Origin: Neophaeotheca triangularis
Lineage: Eukaryota
NCBI GenBank assembly: GCA_054600435.1
Contig: BAAIJX010000028.1
Location: forward strand, 248,001-281,940
Direction of reading: 5' to 3'
DNA length: 33,940 nt
The notes below the pieces were generated by a model, which made no database searches, had not been told where the DNA came from, and worked only from the letters and a program-made list of their open reading frames with translations. The position numbers and the translations under genes were made by a program. Positions 20,710 to 32,731 of the stretch are shown here, in pieces (position 1 is the first letter of the stretch; each line of letters begins with the position of its first letter).

Positions 20710-21236
20710 GGTTAGAGAAGAGGGAACTTGGAATGTTGGGTTGGATGAGATTGTGGTGAGAGCTGTCGGACTGTGGATAAACTTGATGGTGGAGGAGTTT
20801 GATGGTCGCAGGTGGAAGGTGGTAAGTAGAAGGACTCCGTAAGGTAGTTGTGTATGCCTGTGGTCACCACAAGGATGCCTCGTAGCTACGCGACTTGCCA
20901 TGGACTGCTCGCGAAAAGTTACTTGTATCAATACTGACGAGTGCTGTCAACGTAGCGAGCATACCTTGACCTTGTAGACCGACAGGGGTCTGGTTTGTTT
21001 TGCCGACGCAAATGCTCGGTAGAAAACCAGTGACAGCCTGAGAGCTACTGAGGGGGGGTGTCGACAGGTCGGTCCTCTGTTGAAACCTCGAGAGTGTTCC
21101 AAACGCAAGGAACTTAATGGCTTTGATCGTGTATCTCATTAGCCAAAACATCGATTAGTCTACCGCAAAGGGGTGTTGAAGATACCCAGTGCTTCTGGCG
21201 TGAAATGAAAGACCCAACACGAAGATTGCCCCAAAC

Positions 21237-23189
21237 TCACAGCACCACAACGCCAGCTTCAACAACGCCATCCGTGCCTATGAGACTCTTGCGCACCTCT
21301 TCATCCACCATCCGATCGACACCAAGAATCATCAACGCCTCGTTCTCCTTGGGACCAGCAGCCCCATTCGCTCCCAAAGCACTATCCACTTTCTCCAAAA
21401 CCGCGCCGGAACTGCCGTTCGACTGCTCGTTGTCGAGGCGCGAGACGATCATAGACTTGATGTTGACGCCAGCTTTGCCCAAACGACCACCCACGACGCC
21501 GATTTTGCCAGGCTCGTCGTAGTTCCGGCAAATGAGCAGGGTGCCCTTGGGCTCGAAAGAAGTTGTGAACCGCCCCAGACGCGAGATGTAAGCCTTGTTT
21601 GCGGACACGAATCCGCGAATGATTTGATCTGTGATTGGCTTTTGCTTCTCGCTCATGGGATCGCCACGTCTGCTTGCCGAGGGAGATCGTGGATCCAGGC
21701 GAGCTTTCAGCGTCACAGAGGAGGAGTAGCCTTCTTGCTCGACGTTTTCTCTGCTTCGCTGCTCGTTGATTAGGATGCCGCGTTCTTTGGCCACGAGTTC
21801 GGCGTTCACTATGTTGATGTTCATGCTGTCTTGGCTTGTTATTGGTGACAGGAGGCCTTTGATCAAAGCGGCGAAGAGAGGCTTCGTAGTTGTGTTTGAG
21901 GAGGCCAGAGAGCCTTCGTAGGTTAGATCGAAGGTTGTGCGGAATTGTCTGGGCGAGTTGGGAGGGGAGTAGTGTTGAGTGTACAGACTTCCCATCTTTT
22001 CAAGTAACTCGACAAACGGCTGCAGAGTTCGATACTCTTCGGGTAAGATGATTGGTGCGTTGACGGCGGAGCGAGGGAGTTGCCCAGAGAGGATGGATAG
22101 GACTTGCGTGCAGACATCGATGGAAACGTTCTCCTGAGCTTCAACAGTGCTGGCGCCAAGGTGCGGTGTGGCGACAACGTTCGGATGGGCGATGAGCTTG
22201 GAAGCAGAGTCACCTGGCTGTGGAGGCTCGGAAGTGAAGACATCTATACCTGCCGCCGCGATTGTCCCAGCTTCGAGCGCGCTGAGTAGTGCTTCCTCGT
22301 CGATCATGCCCCCCTGAAAGGTTAGCTTGCACAAAGTAGGCGGCCAAGTGGGCTGGTTAGCAACTCACTCTTGCCACGTTCAGAATTCTTGCTGTCTTCT
22401 TCATAGAAGCCAATTCTGATGCGCCAATCATACCCTTTGTTGATGCTATCAATGGAGTGTGGATAGTCAGGAAGTCGGCCTCCTCAAACAATTCAGGCAT
22501 GGAAGTGACCACCTCGACGTTCGCAGCAGCAGCCAAGGCAGGGTTTGCATACGGATCGTAGGCCACGAGATTCATGCCGAGTCCGCCGGCTGCGCGAGCA
22601 ACTGTAAGACCGACCTTTCCCAGACCAATGATGGCGAGGGTTTTGCCCTTGACTTCTACTCCGACCAATTTGCTGCGCTCCCATTTCGCCGCCTTGAGGG
22701 TTGTGCAGGCGTTGCCGATATTTCTCGCGACGGCCATGAGAAGAGCAATGGTATGCTCTGACAAGGATGTTAGTAAAACTTGAAAATAAAAGCCGAAGGG
22801 AAAGTCCCACCAGCAGCAGCATTGATATTTCCCTGCGGGCTGTTCACGACAATTATCCCGAGCTGATCTTGTCAGCAAGCACAAATTTTAGCTCCGTCCG
22901 GGGCGCATACCTTCGTAGCAGCCTCAAGATCAACATTGTCGACGCCGACTCCAGCTCTCGCTACCACTCGCAGTCGTTTGCCCGCTTGCATCAAAGAAGC
23001 AGACACCTTGGTCTCGGAACGTACGATGAGAGCATCGTAATCTCCTATGATCTCTTCAAGCTCTCCTGGGCTGAGACCTTTGCGCTCGTGGACTTCCAGT
23101 GATGCTTGAAGGAGTTTGAGACCGTCAGAGGATACTTTTTCTGGGATCAAGACCTTTGGTCTAGCGAAGTTTCCGTTTGAGGGGGCCAT
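21237..23189 (-). CDS. serA: D-3-phosphoglycerate dehydrogenase, long form with ASB-like and ACT domains; exons 23189-22911, 22862-22811, 22757-22369, 22313-21237; 598 aa
   Basis: LIVRSETKV, ARAGVGVDNVD, NSPQGNINAAAEH, GKTLAIIGLGKVG, LNVARGG, ATPHLGASTVEAQ; ACT-type NYDEPGKIGVVGGRLGKAGVNI; three canonical introns keep the frame. Confidence 0.93.
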
Positions 23190-23773
23190 TTTGAGGCTAT
23201 AGATGTGCCGGAGGCGCCTCTACGGTGACGAAGTTGAAAGCGCGGATTCGAAGGTAAAGTAGGAAGCAAGGAGAGGCGGTCAGGCACGAGAGACGCAGGA
23301 GTAATATTACACGGCAGCGCCGTGATCGGCAGAAAAGCATCCTGAGCTTGTGTCTCCGATGAGGTGATAGTGCTTTTAACAGGTCCACGAAGATTGGGTG
23401 CAACCGACAAAGCTGTAAGGTAGTCCGATCGCCTGAGGTGAGGACCTGCAAGTCAACCCCGCCAATCCCCAGGTTCACCCCGCATCGTCCACTCCGCACT
23501 TTTGGTTGCTCCTGAAACTATCGAGGGACAACGTCTTTTGGGTATTGAGTTGCTGCCTATGGAGTTCGCTGGTGTGGAATGGCGTATAGTCATCGTTCCA
23601 GGTTATTAAACATCAGTATGAGGAGTTTGACCATGCGTGGTTTCCACAAGTTCTTTGTTGCAGAAACCCCCAATCTCTCAGCCTCGCAGAGGACTTCTCA
23701 TGCTTTGACTTTCAGTAGAGCCATTGAGAAGCATCGTCTCGAGAAAGGTCGCTATTGTCATTCCCACATACCA

Positions 23774-24355
23774 TCAGAAGAGCTTCGCAGGGCTCTCTTC
23801 TGGCATTGAGAACCCCGTCCGCTCGAGCTGTTCAGCGATGGAAGCAGCCAAAGCATTCAGCCTCTTGCGGTGAAGCCTAAGAACACCTGTCCCAGCCACA
23901 CTGCTTGCCTTGGAAGCCAATGAGGTACTAGACCCAAGGTCATCCCCCTCGAGGTTGGGATATGCAGAATCGCCTTGAAACTCCGGCGTAGTCTTCTGCT
24001 CGAAAGCTTTCCTGCGCGGCGGCACACCACCCTCGAGCACAAGCAAAAGCTGCGGCTGGATCAAAGTGGCTATCACGTTGGAAGACCAGGATTCAATGGT
24101 AAGCGTCTCTAGGGCGGGTTTCGAGGTGTCGCTGCGTGGTTCGCTCTCGTCCATTAGAGACTGGTTCCTTTCCGGCGGTTGGTGCTCCTGCCATGCGAGA
24201 GCGACTAGAGCAGTTTGTCTGCGCAAGTCTCGCGCGTCTGTTGGCAGACTATTGGCTAGGAGTGTGCCATTGGGCGTGATGATGTACCAGCGCTTGCACA
24301 GCCGCGGGTCGGTGTTTTTCGTCAGGAATTCGCTGATTGATTTAACGTGGAGCAT
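23774..24355 (-). CDS. Hypothetical protein (193 aa), possibly Roadblock/LAMTOR2-like fold
   Basis: Clean ATG ORF; pattern MLHVKSISEFL..N / IITPNGTLLA / helix ending in W / beta-beta LLLVLEG / terminal helix RKRLNALAASIAEQL. Confidence 0.7.
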   Translation of the reverse strand: MLHVKSISEFLTKNTDPRLCKRWYIITPNGTLLANSLPTDARDLRRQTALVALAWQEHQPPERNQSLMDESEPRSDTSKPALETLTIESWSSNVIATLIQPQLLLVLEGGVPPRRKAFEQKTTPEFQGDSAYPNLEGDDLGSSTSLASKASSVAGTGVLRLHRKRLNALAASIAEQLERTGFSMPEESPAKLF

Positions 24356-24858
24356 GGTTGTATTACAGCAAATGCTGAGGGTCGTGGCACGGGTAGACTA
24401 TGTACAGGTGATTTGCCATTGACCGGTCTCCTGGGTTTCGGAGGGTGCACTTTCCTGTGCGGCAGACTCCTCTTCGGTATCGTGCAATGCCTGATGGTCT
24501 CGACCTATTAGGCTCCAATGGATTCTGATGTTGGCTTCACTTATATTCACAGGAGTTACTTTTGTCGATAGGATGCATTCAAAGATTTGGTTGTGAATTA
24601 GATAACGATGGGGCTGGCTTAACTACGCATACATACCTAACGTTAGTTGATAGGCGACACAACGCACGGACCATTATACCGTGTTCCGAGATATGCGGCA
24701 GCCCTGGCCTGGCCTAAGTTACTTGTATGTACGGTACCTCCTTCTTTCGCTTTCCCCTTTACATACTGTACTTGCTCCTAACCTGCAGAAAGTTCCAAGC
24801 GATTATATAGACTCAATAGTACCGACGTGTCAATTGCGGGCCATCCTCATTTTCCGCC

Positions 24859-25602
24859 ATGGCCTCTATCGCGCTGGTGGGAGGTACTGGGCTTGTGGTC
24901 AGGCGCATCCTACTCCACTCACATGATGCAGCTAAAGTAACCTGCAATCGGTAGGGCTCCAACATCCTCTCCGCCCTGATAAACAGCTCGGCAGTTCACT
25001 CTGTCCACGCAATCTCCCGCCGAGAACTGCCCCAGCAGAGTACGAAGCTCAGGGCGCTTCTCTCAAGAGACAGTGCGTCATGGCCAGTCCAGTTCCCAGC
25101 CAACACGCCAATCTTCATATCTGCCTTGGGCAGCACAAGAGCTCAAGCGGGCAGCTTCGCTGAGCAGAAAAAGATTGACTACGACCTCAACCTGGAGTTG
25201 GCACAGGCCGCGAAAGCTGCCGGCACAACGACCTATGTTCTCATCTCGACTGGGGCGGCGAGTACGGCGTCGAGCTTTGGGTACTTGAAGATGAAAGGAG
25301 AACTCGAGGAGGCCGTCAAGAAGCTCGACTTTGAGCATACAATCATCCTGAGGCCTGGATTGATTGTCGGCGAGAGGAACGACAGCAGGCCGCCCGAGTT
25401 CGTGTTGCAGAAGATTGCTCAGTTTGGAGGTGCTATCAGTGGAGGGCTGCTCAAGGACTTTTGGGCGCAGGATGCTAGTGTGATTGGTAGGGCTGCTGTG
25501 AACGCTACGTTGAAGACCGCAAACGGAGAGAACAAGGAGAAGATTTGGGTAATAGGTCAGGCGGATGTCGTACGACTGGGCAGGACTGAGTGGAAAGATT
25601 GA
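24859..25602 (+). CDS. FMP52: Fmp52/TIP30-like NAD(P)-binding protein; exons 24859-24897 and 24955-25602; 228 aa
   Basis: Spliced N-terminus MASIALVGGTGLVGSNIL (Rossmann); SALGSTRAQAGS..QKKIDYDLNLELA; YLKMKGELE; ILRPGLIVGER. Confidence 0.9.
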
Positions 25603-26344
25603 GCTTGGGATAGTGTTGGTGCTGGGAGGGCAATGGTATTCGGGGTGGGGGGATCTAGCTATCCGGCGTTTGGTATGCGGCAATTCTCGCAGTCGATTTG
25701 AATTGATGGGATACGTCAATGCAGAATTCAGTATCGTCTCACTACACGGTGTACTTGTAGTTATGTATGTAGGTATTTCTAGGCGTAACTGGAGATAGAG
25801 TTCTAATGGTGAGTTTCGGATGACACCTCAGTAATACATGATGAGCCAAGCTAGACCCGCTGGCTGGCTTCACGTGCTTTATGGGGGGGATCAATTAACC
25901 TCCACTTCCCACTACCACGACTCCAACACTTGTGACTTCTTCGCCCCTCACACCTTTTCCCTCTCCAATCGCCCAGAGCAGCCGTCGACATTCCATCTCA
26001 ATTCACAGGCACTTCTTCGCGGTGCTACGTCATTCCTTGCAGGTGCACCGACTCGCTTAATGCCGGCCATGAACGGTCATGAACGGTGCGCATATTAGAA
26101 CACCTTCCGCATACACTCCCAGGTACGGCTGCCTTGCGAACCCGTCAACCTCACCCCTCACCCTCTACCTCCACCACTTTTGACTCAACATCAAACCAAG
26201 TGGCAACCTGTCCTTCACTCCATCCGTCCGACCACCCTTTTCCCCCTTCCGCGAGCGACCTTCAACATCGACAGGCTCACGCTCGTTGAACTGCAACACA
26301 ACAACTCCAACCATTCAGCTGCGCTTTCACCAAAACACCTACTC

Positions 26345-29300
26345 ATGTCACAAAGAGTGACTCGCTCGTCGGCAGCGAGACTCAGTACAGATTCCTCCAC
26401 CACCCAACCTTCTCCCACCGATACCGCCCAGACAGACTCCCCCCACGTCAAAGCTAGCCCGCCCAACAAGAAGCGCAAGGCCCCAACCGACACATCTCCA
26501 CGAACTCAGCCCAGCCGCCCGCGTCCCAAGCGTCCACGCGCCAACGACACCGAACTTGAGCAGGCCTCAACCCCTGCGGAGCGTCCGAAAAAGGGGAAGA
26601 AGAAGGGTGCAGCTTCGGCTACTATGTCAAGTGCTGGGTACGAAGGGAACATCATGGACACGTCAGGCGGGGCTAATGAAAGGCGTAGACAATCCTCGGG
26701 CGAATCTGGAGAGACGTCACCTCAGCACGTGCCCAAGGACGTCTCAAAGCGCAAGCAGAACCGCAAGAAGACCGTCAGAGATGGTGAGTTTACCAGCAAC
26801 ACGGGCGGAGATGAGTGGGCAGTTGCTTACCAGGGCTTAGACCCTACTTCGTCACAGCCGGGCCCTACTTCCAGAAAGAGCAAGAAACCACACCGCAAGG
26901 ACCAGGATGTTGTGATGAAAGATGCTGAAAAGGAAGCGGAGCTAGCTGAGGACCCACCAGAAGAGGCGCCACCGTCAAAGGCAGAGGAGGGTACTAGCGG
27001 TAACGCTGGAGGAGATGAAGAGAACGAGCCATCGTCAGATCGCCGCTTCACAGAGGATGAGCTCGATGCTATGGAGAGGAGTGATGACCCATTTGGGGGT
27101 GGCTTCGGTCGCCTTGCTGGTGGCTCTACCCTCGCTGGAAGTCTACGTGCCTTGAGCGGGTTCATGTCAGGCACCCACACCCGCCTACGAACCATTCTCG
27201 AGCAGCTTCGGACCAAGGAGGACCCCTCAGTACAACTCATCGCTCTGCAAGATCTGTCCGAGCTTTTGCTCATCTCCAACGAGGATAATCTGGCTGGTCA
27301 CTTCGCCCCAGATCAGTACGTGAAAGAGTTGGTATCGCTCATGCAGCCCAACGAGTTTACGGGAGAAGAGAACCCCGAGATGATGCTTCTTGCTTGTCGC
27401 TGCATCGCCAACATGATGGAGGCTGTACCGGCAGCAACGGGTAGCATTGTCTATGGAGGTGCCGTGCCTGTTCTCTGCCAAAAGCTCCTGGAAATCAACT
27501 TCATCGATCTAGCGGAGCAAGCGCTCACGACACTGGAGAAGATCTCTGTCGATTTCCCTACAGCCATTGTTCGCGAGGGTGGATTGACAGCTTGTTTGAC
27601 CTATCTCGACTTCTTCGCCACGAGCACGCAGAGGACAGCAGTCACAACAGCCGCCAACTGTTGTCGGAGCATTCCAGAAGATTCTTTCCCGACGGTTCGC
27701 GACGTGATGCCAATCCTGCTTAACGTCTTGAACAGCAGCGATCAAAGAGTAGTGGAGCAGGCTTCCCTCTGCGTCTCCAGAATTGTTGAAAGCTTCAAAT
27801 ACCAGGAGAGCAAGCTCGAGGAGCTCATCAGTGCCGATCTTCTCAAGGCCATTCAACGTCTCCTGCTGCCTGGCTCTACGAACCTCATCGGTCCACATAT
27901 CCACACTCAGTTTCTCAAAGTGCTTGGCTTCACTGCTCGTGCCAGCCCACGTCTTTCCGTTGACATGCTGAAGATGAACATTGTCGACACGCTTTATCAA
28001 ATCTTCACGGGCGTCTCGCCTCCTTCCGGTACCGAGGATGTCGCTCTCAAGATAGACAAGAACGTGATCATGCAGTCGATTATACGTGCGCCCCGTGAAT
28101 CCATCTATGAGACACTGAACATTATCTGCGAACTGCTGCCAACTGTCTCACGCGACGGCCCAATGTTCATGGACGAAATGGACTTTGCTGGTCCTCCTGG
28201 CACTGACTCTATTTCCTTGTCGACCCGCACAGAAGATCCCAAGAACGAGAAGAGAGTAGAGCTGCTGAAGGAGTGCCCCGATGAAGTCCGTCGCTTCGCC
28301 ATCATCCTCTTTCCGACCTTGATGCATGCGTATACGAGCACAGTCAATCTCAACGTACGCCAGAAGGCACTCACGGCCCAGTTGGAGATGATGTCAAACT
28401 TCGATGCTGCTATTCTCGAGGACGCGCTGCGCGGAGTTACATACGCTTCGCATCTGGCCTCGATCCTCTCGCAGCAGGAAAACCCTTCTCTAGTCACCTA
28501 CGCGCTCCAAGCAGCAGAACTACTGTTGAAAAGACTTGAAAGCATCTATCGGCCACAATTCTACCGCGAGGGTGTGATGAGCGAGATCCAGAAGATTGCA
28601 GACCGCTCCTTATCCGTCGAGAATGTCAAGCCCGAAGATACTGAGACCAAGAAGCCCGCGGTCGACTCTCCCAAACATGAAAGTGAAGCTGAAACTCAAG
28701 CCGAGGAGAAGCAAGAAGAGCCTGAGCCTGCTGAAGTCGACGTGCAGGGCGGCGGGCTTGAGCGTGACGAAAATGACGAATACGAGGAGGACGACGACGA
28801 GCGTATCGAGCATGACGATGACGACGAGGATGACGGCGAAGGAGATGACAGGTCCGAGGTTTCTTCAGACCCTGGACCGCAAAGAATCAAGAACCCACAG
28901 GACATCGCCACCCATCGCGCGCGCAAGTTCTTGGAGACGCATGGCAAGCAGGAAAGTGAGGATATGAAAATCAAAGCTGCAGCTGTGCTCAACGATCTGC
29001 GCCACCTGGCAGAAGATCTCAAGACTTGCTACAGCCAAGGAACCGCTCGTGATGGCACAGAGCTCTTCGCTAGACTTGCCGGCTATTTTGATGGAGATGC
29101 ACTGGAGAGCATCACCAGCTACGAGCTCATGGAGTCCAGCATTGTGGAAGCATTACTGGAGCTTTTCAATCATCCCGACTCCGAGGCAGCAGCCAGCGCT
29201 CGATCGGATTTTCTCGAGATCTTCATGTCTTCGGGAAGCCACACCAAAATCGCCACCGGAAATGCTCAATCACCGGCCACTGCTTTCAGCGTTCTCGTGC

Positions 29301-32123
29301 ACAAGCTCCAAGATCTCTTGAGTCGCGCTGAGCACTTTGATGTCATCACGGTTCACCAGAACGCGTTTGAGAGCAATCGGTCTAGTGGATCGTCCATGCT
29401 TGCGAAACAGCTTCGCCTTCGGCTTGTCGCAGATGAGGATTCAGGCATCCCGCGAACCTACCGCAATATTATGGTCAGTATTCAGGCTATTGCCACTTTC
29501 AAGGCGTTGGACGATTATTTGCGCCCGCGCATCAGAGAAGTTGGCTCGAGAGATCCTCGCAGAGAGGAGCGCATCACGGCGGCCATGCAGGCGTACGCGG
29601 CTGCCATGTCCGGTCGATCTACTAGGGGTGGACTGCCCCCTGGGTTCCCAGATCTAGGTAGTTCTCTTCCCACTAGAGAGTCGCGCGCGAAGCCTTCCAA
29701 GTCTGAAGCGAACCCTGCTCACACCAAACCAGAGCTGGAAGACCCCCACCCAGGGGCAGTTCAGCCCCGGAGATCGTCTAGGAAACACTCCAGCCAAACG
29801 TCCTCGTCGCAGCCCGCTCTTGCACCCGAAACTCCTGCGGCGCCATCAGCTGAGAGCGAAAACACGCAGATGCCGCTGGAGATCGCAGATGAGACTCAAA
29901 TCTCTGGAGACGACGAAGACAACGAGGACGAGGGTGAAAATGACGACGCAGAGACTGAGTTGGATGCGCTCGTTGACGACATGGAAGAGGGTGGCCTTGA
30001 GCGTGATCAACGTGATCCTTCTGCCGTGAGCCTCGAGGTTGCCAGCACCGGCAAAGTTACCGCGAGGACCGAAGAGGGAGACCAAGTCGGGACGCCCTCT
30101 TCCGGCACGCCAACATCATCCGCTCGTGAGCGCGCATCCGCTTCTGCCCGGCTGCAGCTTGCTCGTGAAATGCTTGGATCCGCTACACCATCTTCGTCGC
30201 GCCCGATGTCATATTCGTCGGCCTTGCAGCAGACACCACAAGACTGGCACCTCGAGTTCAGCGTCAACAGCAAGCCTCAGTCTAGCGACACAACCATCTA
30301 TCGTGCTTGCCACTTCAACCACAATCAAGGCGACGAACTTTCAAGCCGCAGTATCTGGTCAGCCACCCACACGATCAAATTCAAAAAGGTGCAAGGTCCG
30401 CCTCCATCCGAGGGGAGCGGTCTTGCGTCGTCGCCAGAGCCGAGTACTCTGCAAGAATCCGGCATGCCTCCTTCGCTCGACAAACATCCGGTGACCTCCA
30501 ACATTCTTCGCTTGATGAGCACTCTCCACGAGTTGAACGCGAACCTAGAAGACGTTTTGACGGAAAAGAAGAGCAATGTCGTTCTGAAAGCCGAGCCCCT
30601 CACTCAGTTTGTCAACACGAAGCTCACCGCCAAGCTCAACAGGCAGTTGGAGGAGCCTTTAATCGTGGCGAGCAACTGCCTGCCAAGCTGGGCCGAGGAC
30701 CTTGCCCGTCTGTATCCATTCCTCTTCCCGTTCGAGACTCGCCATCTATTCCTCTCGTCGACATCCTTTGGCTACTCGCGCTCCATGCAGCGGTGGCAGA
30801 ACACCCAAACGGATGACTCTCGCCGTGGATCTCGCCATGAACCGCCTCTCGGCAGGGTTCAACGCCAAAAGGTTCGCATTTCGCGCTCGAGGATTCTCGA
30901 ATCTGCCATCAAGGTCATGAAGCTTTACGGAGGCTCGCCGAGCATCTTGGAAGTCGAGTACTTTGACGAGGTTGGCACGGGTCTCGGACCGACGCTAGAG
31001 TTCTACTCTACAGTCTCCAAGGAGTTTTCCAGGAAACGTACCAAGCTGTGGCGCGAGAACGAATCTTCCGGTGGAGACTACGCCTTTGGGCGCCGCGGTC
31101 TCTTCCCAGCTCCCATGAGCGACGCCATGACCGCCGACGAGAACGGGGAAAAAGTCTTGGATCTTTTCGGCGTGCTCGGCAAATTCATCGCCCGCTCCAT
31201 GCTCGACTCAAGAATCATCGACGTTTCCTTTAACCCGACTTTCTTCCGCATCGGTGATGGCAGTGCCACTGTTACCCCTTCGTTGGGTGCAGTTGCCAGT
31301 GTCGACAGGGATCTCGCCAAGTCACTGAAGATGCTCAAGAAATACGCAACGGCGAAGCAGCGCATCGACGACGACAGCAGTATCTCGCCCGAGCAGAAGG
31401 TCTCGGAAACGAACGCTATCACCGTCAGCGACGCCAAAATTGAAGACCTTGGTCTCGACTTCACCCTCCCAGGCTACCCACACATTGAGCTTGCGCCAGA
31501 CGGCTCCAATACCAACGTCACAATTGACAACGTCGGCGACTACATCAAAGCCGTCATCGACTTCACTCTGGGCAAAGGTGTGCAGCGCCAAGTCGATGCA
31601 TTCCGCGCCGGGTTCTCGACCGTCTTCCCTTACTCAGCTCTGCGCGCTTTCACGCCAGACGAGCTAGTCATGATCTTCGGTCGCACTCAAGAGGACTGGA
31701 GTTTGGAGACGCTCATGGACTCGATCAAGGCCGACCACGGCTACAACCTTGACAGCAAGAGCGTCAAACACCTGCTGCAGACCATGTCGGAGCTGGAACC
31801 GCAATCAAAAAGGGACTTTTTGCAATTCACCACCGGCAGTCCCAAGCTGCCCATCGGAGGTATGTTCTTACTAATTTGTCACTTCCGGCTTGTTTTGAAC
31901 GTGCATGCTAACTTTCTTGATTGCAGGTTTCAAGTCCCTGACGCCAATGTTTACCGTCGTCTGCAAGCCCAGCGAGCACCCCTACACTTCCGACGACTAC
32001 CTTCCAAGCGTCATGACTTGCGCCAATTACCTCAAGATGCCCGACTACAGCTCTCTCGAGGTCCTGAAGAAGAGGCTGGGTGTCGCTATCAAGGAAGGCC
32101 AGGGCGCCTTCCACTTGTCCTAG
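26345..32123 (+). CDS. UFD4: HECT E3 ubiquitin ligase, Ufd4/TRIP12 family; introns 26638-26688, 26784-26840, 31860-31926; ~1867 aa
   Basis: ARM-like region (QLIALQDLSELLLISNED, LLACRCIANMMEA); KLTAKLNRQLEEPL; LEVEYFDEVGTGLGPTLEFY; spliced C-terminus LPSVMTCANYLKMPDYS...GQGAFHLS. Confidence 0.96.
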
Positions 32124-32731
32124 ACAAGCGACGACCGCAGCCATGAGGGAAAACTAGAGGGAGGGAAGGGGAAAGAGACAGTTGTTCAAGAGCTGGAGAA
32201 TGCGTTTCCAGCCATGTCATCACGAAGGCGTCTCGGGGTGCCAACATGCGTTTCAAGGCTAGCGATCAACTATGCATAGCCCCGGCGTTTTCTTTCCGAG
32301 ACAGACTCCCGGTTGCTAGCTATGGGTTCCTTTGCGGAGGTGGGGGTTCTTTTCGGTGTTTTGGTTTGCTTTGTAGTTGGTGGGGTGAGGGAAATATAAA
32401 CTATGCCCTCGTAGCATGCGTATTCACGACTGCTCGTTTTTTCAAAGTTTGGATCCTCGTCGTCGGCTGCGAAGCTATTTTGGCTTTTGGTTGAAAGCCG
32501 TGAAGACACCCCTTGAATTAGGTCTGAACTCGCGAGCGAGAATCGCACGCTTCTTCTCCCTCCTGTGCCTGAGTGAAGCTTCAGTGCCATATCTGGGAAG
32601 GCTCGACGCCCGCTCTGTCTCCGATCTTTCTCCTCCCGCCAGCGCGAGAGACGTGGAGACACGACGACGGGTGCAAACGGCTCTCGACCGAACCCACGTC
32701 CGCAGGCGCGCAAGCTCGACCCGGCTTTTCT

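Noticed and set aside
32246..32713. ORFs between UFD4 and the SDR
   Set aside because: Lie in convergent 3' UTRs and have no domain-like content
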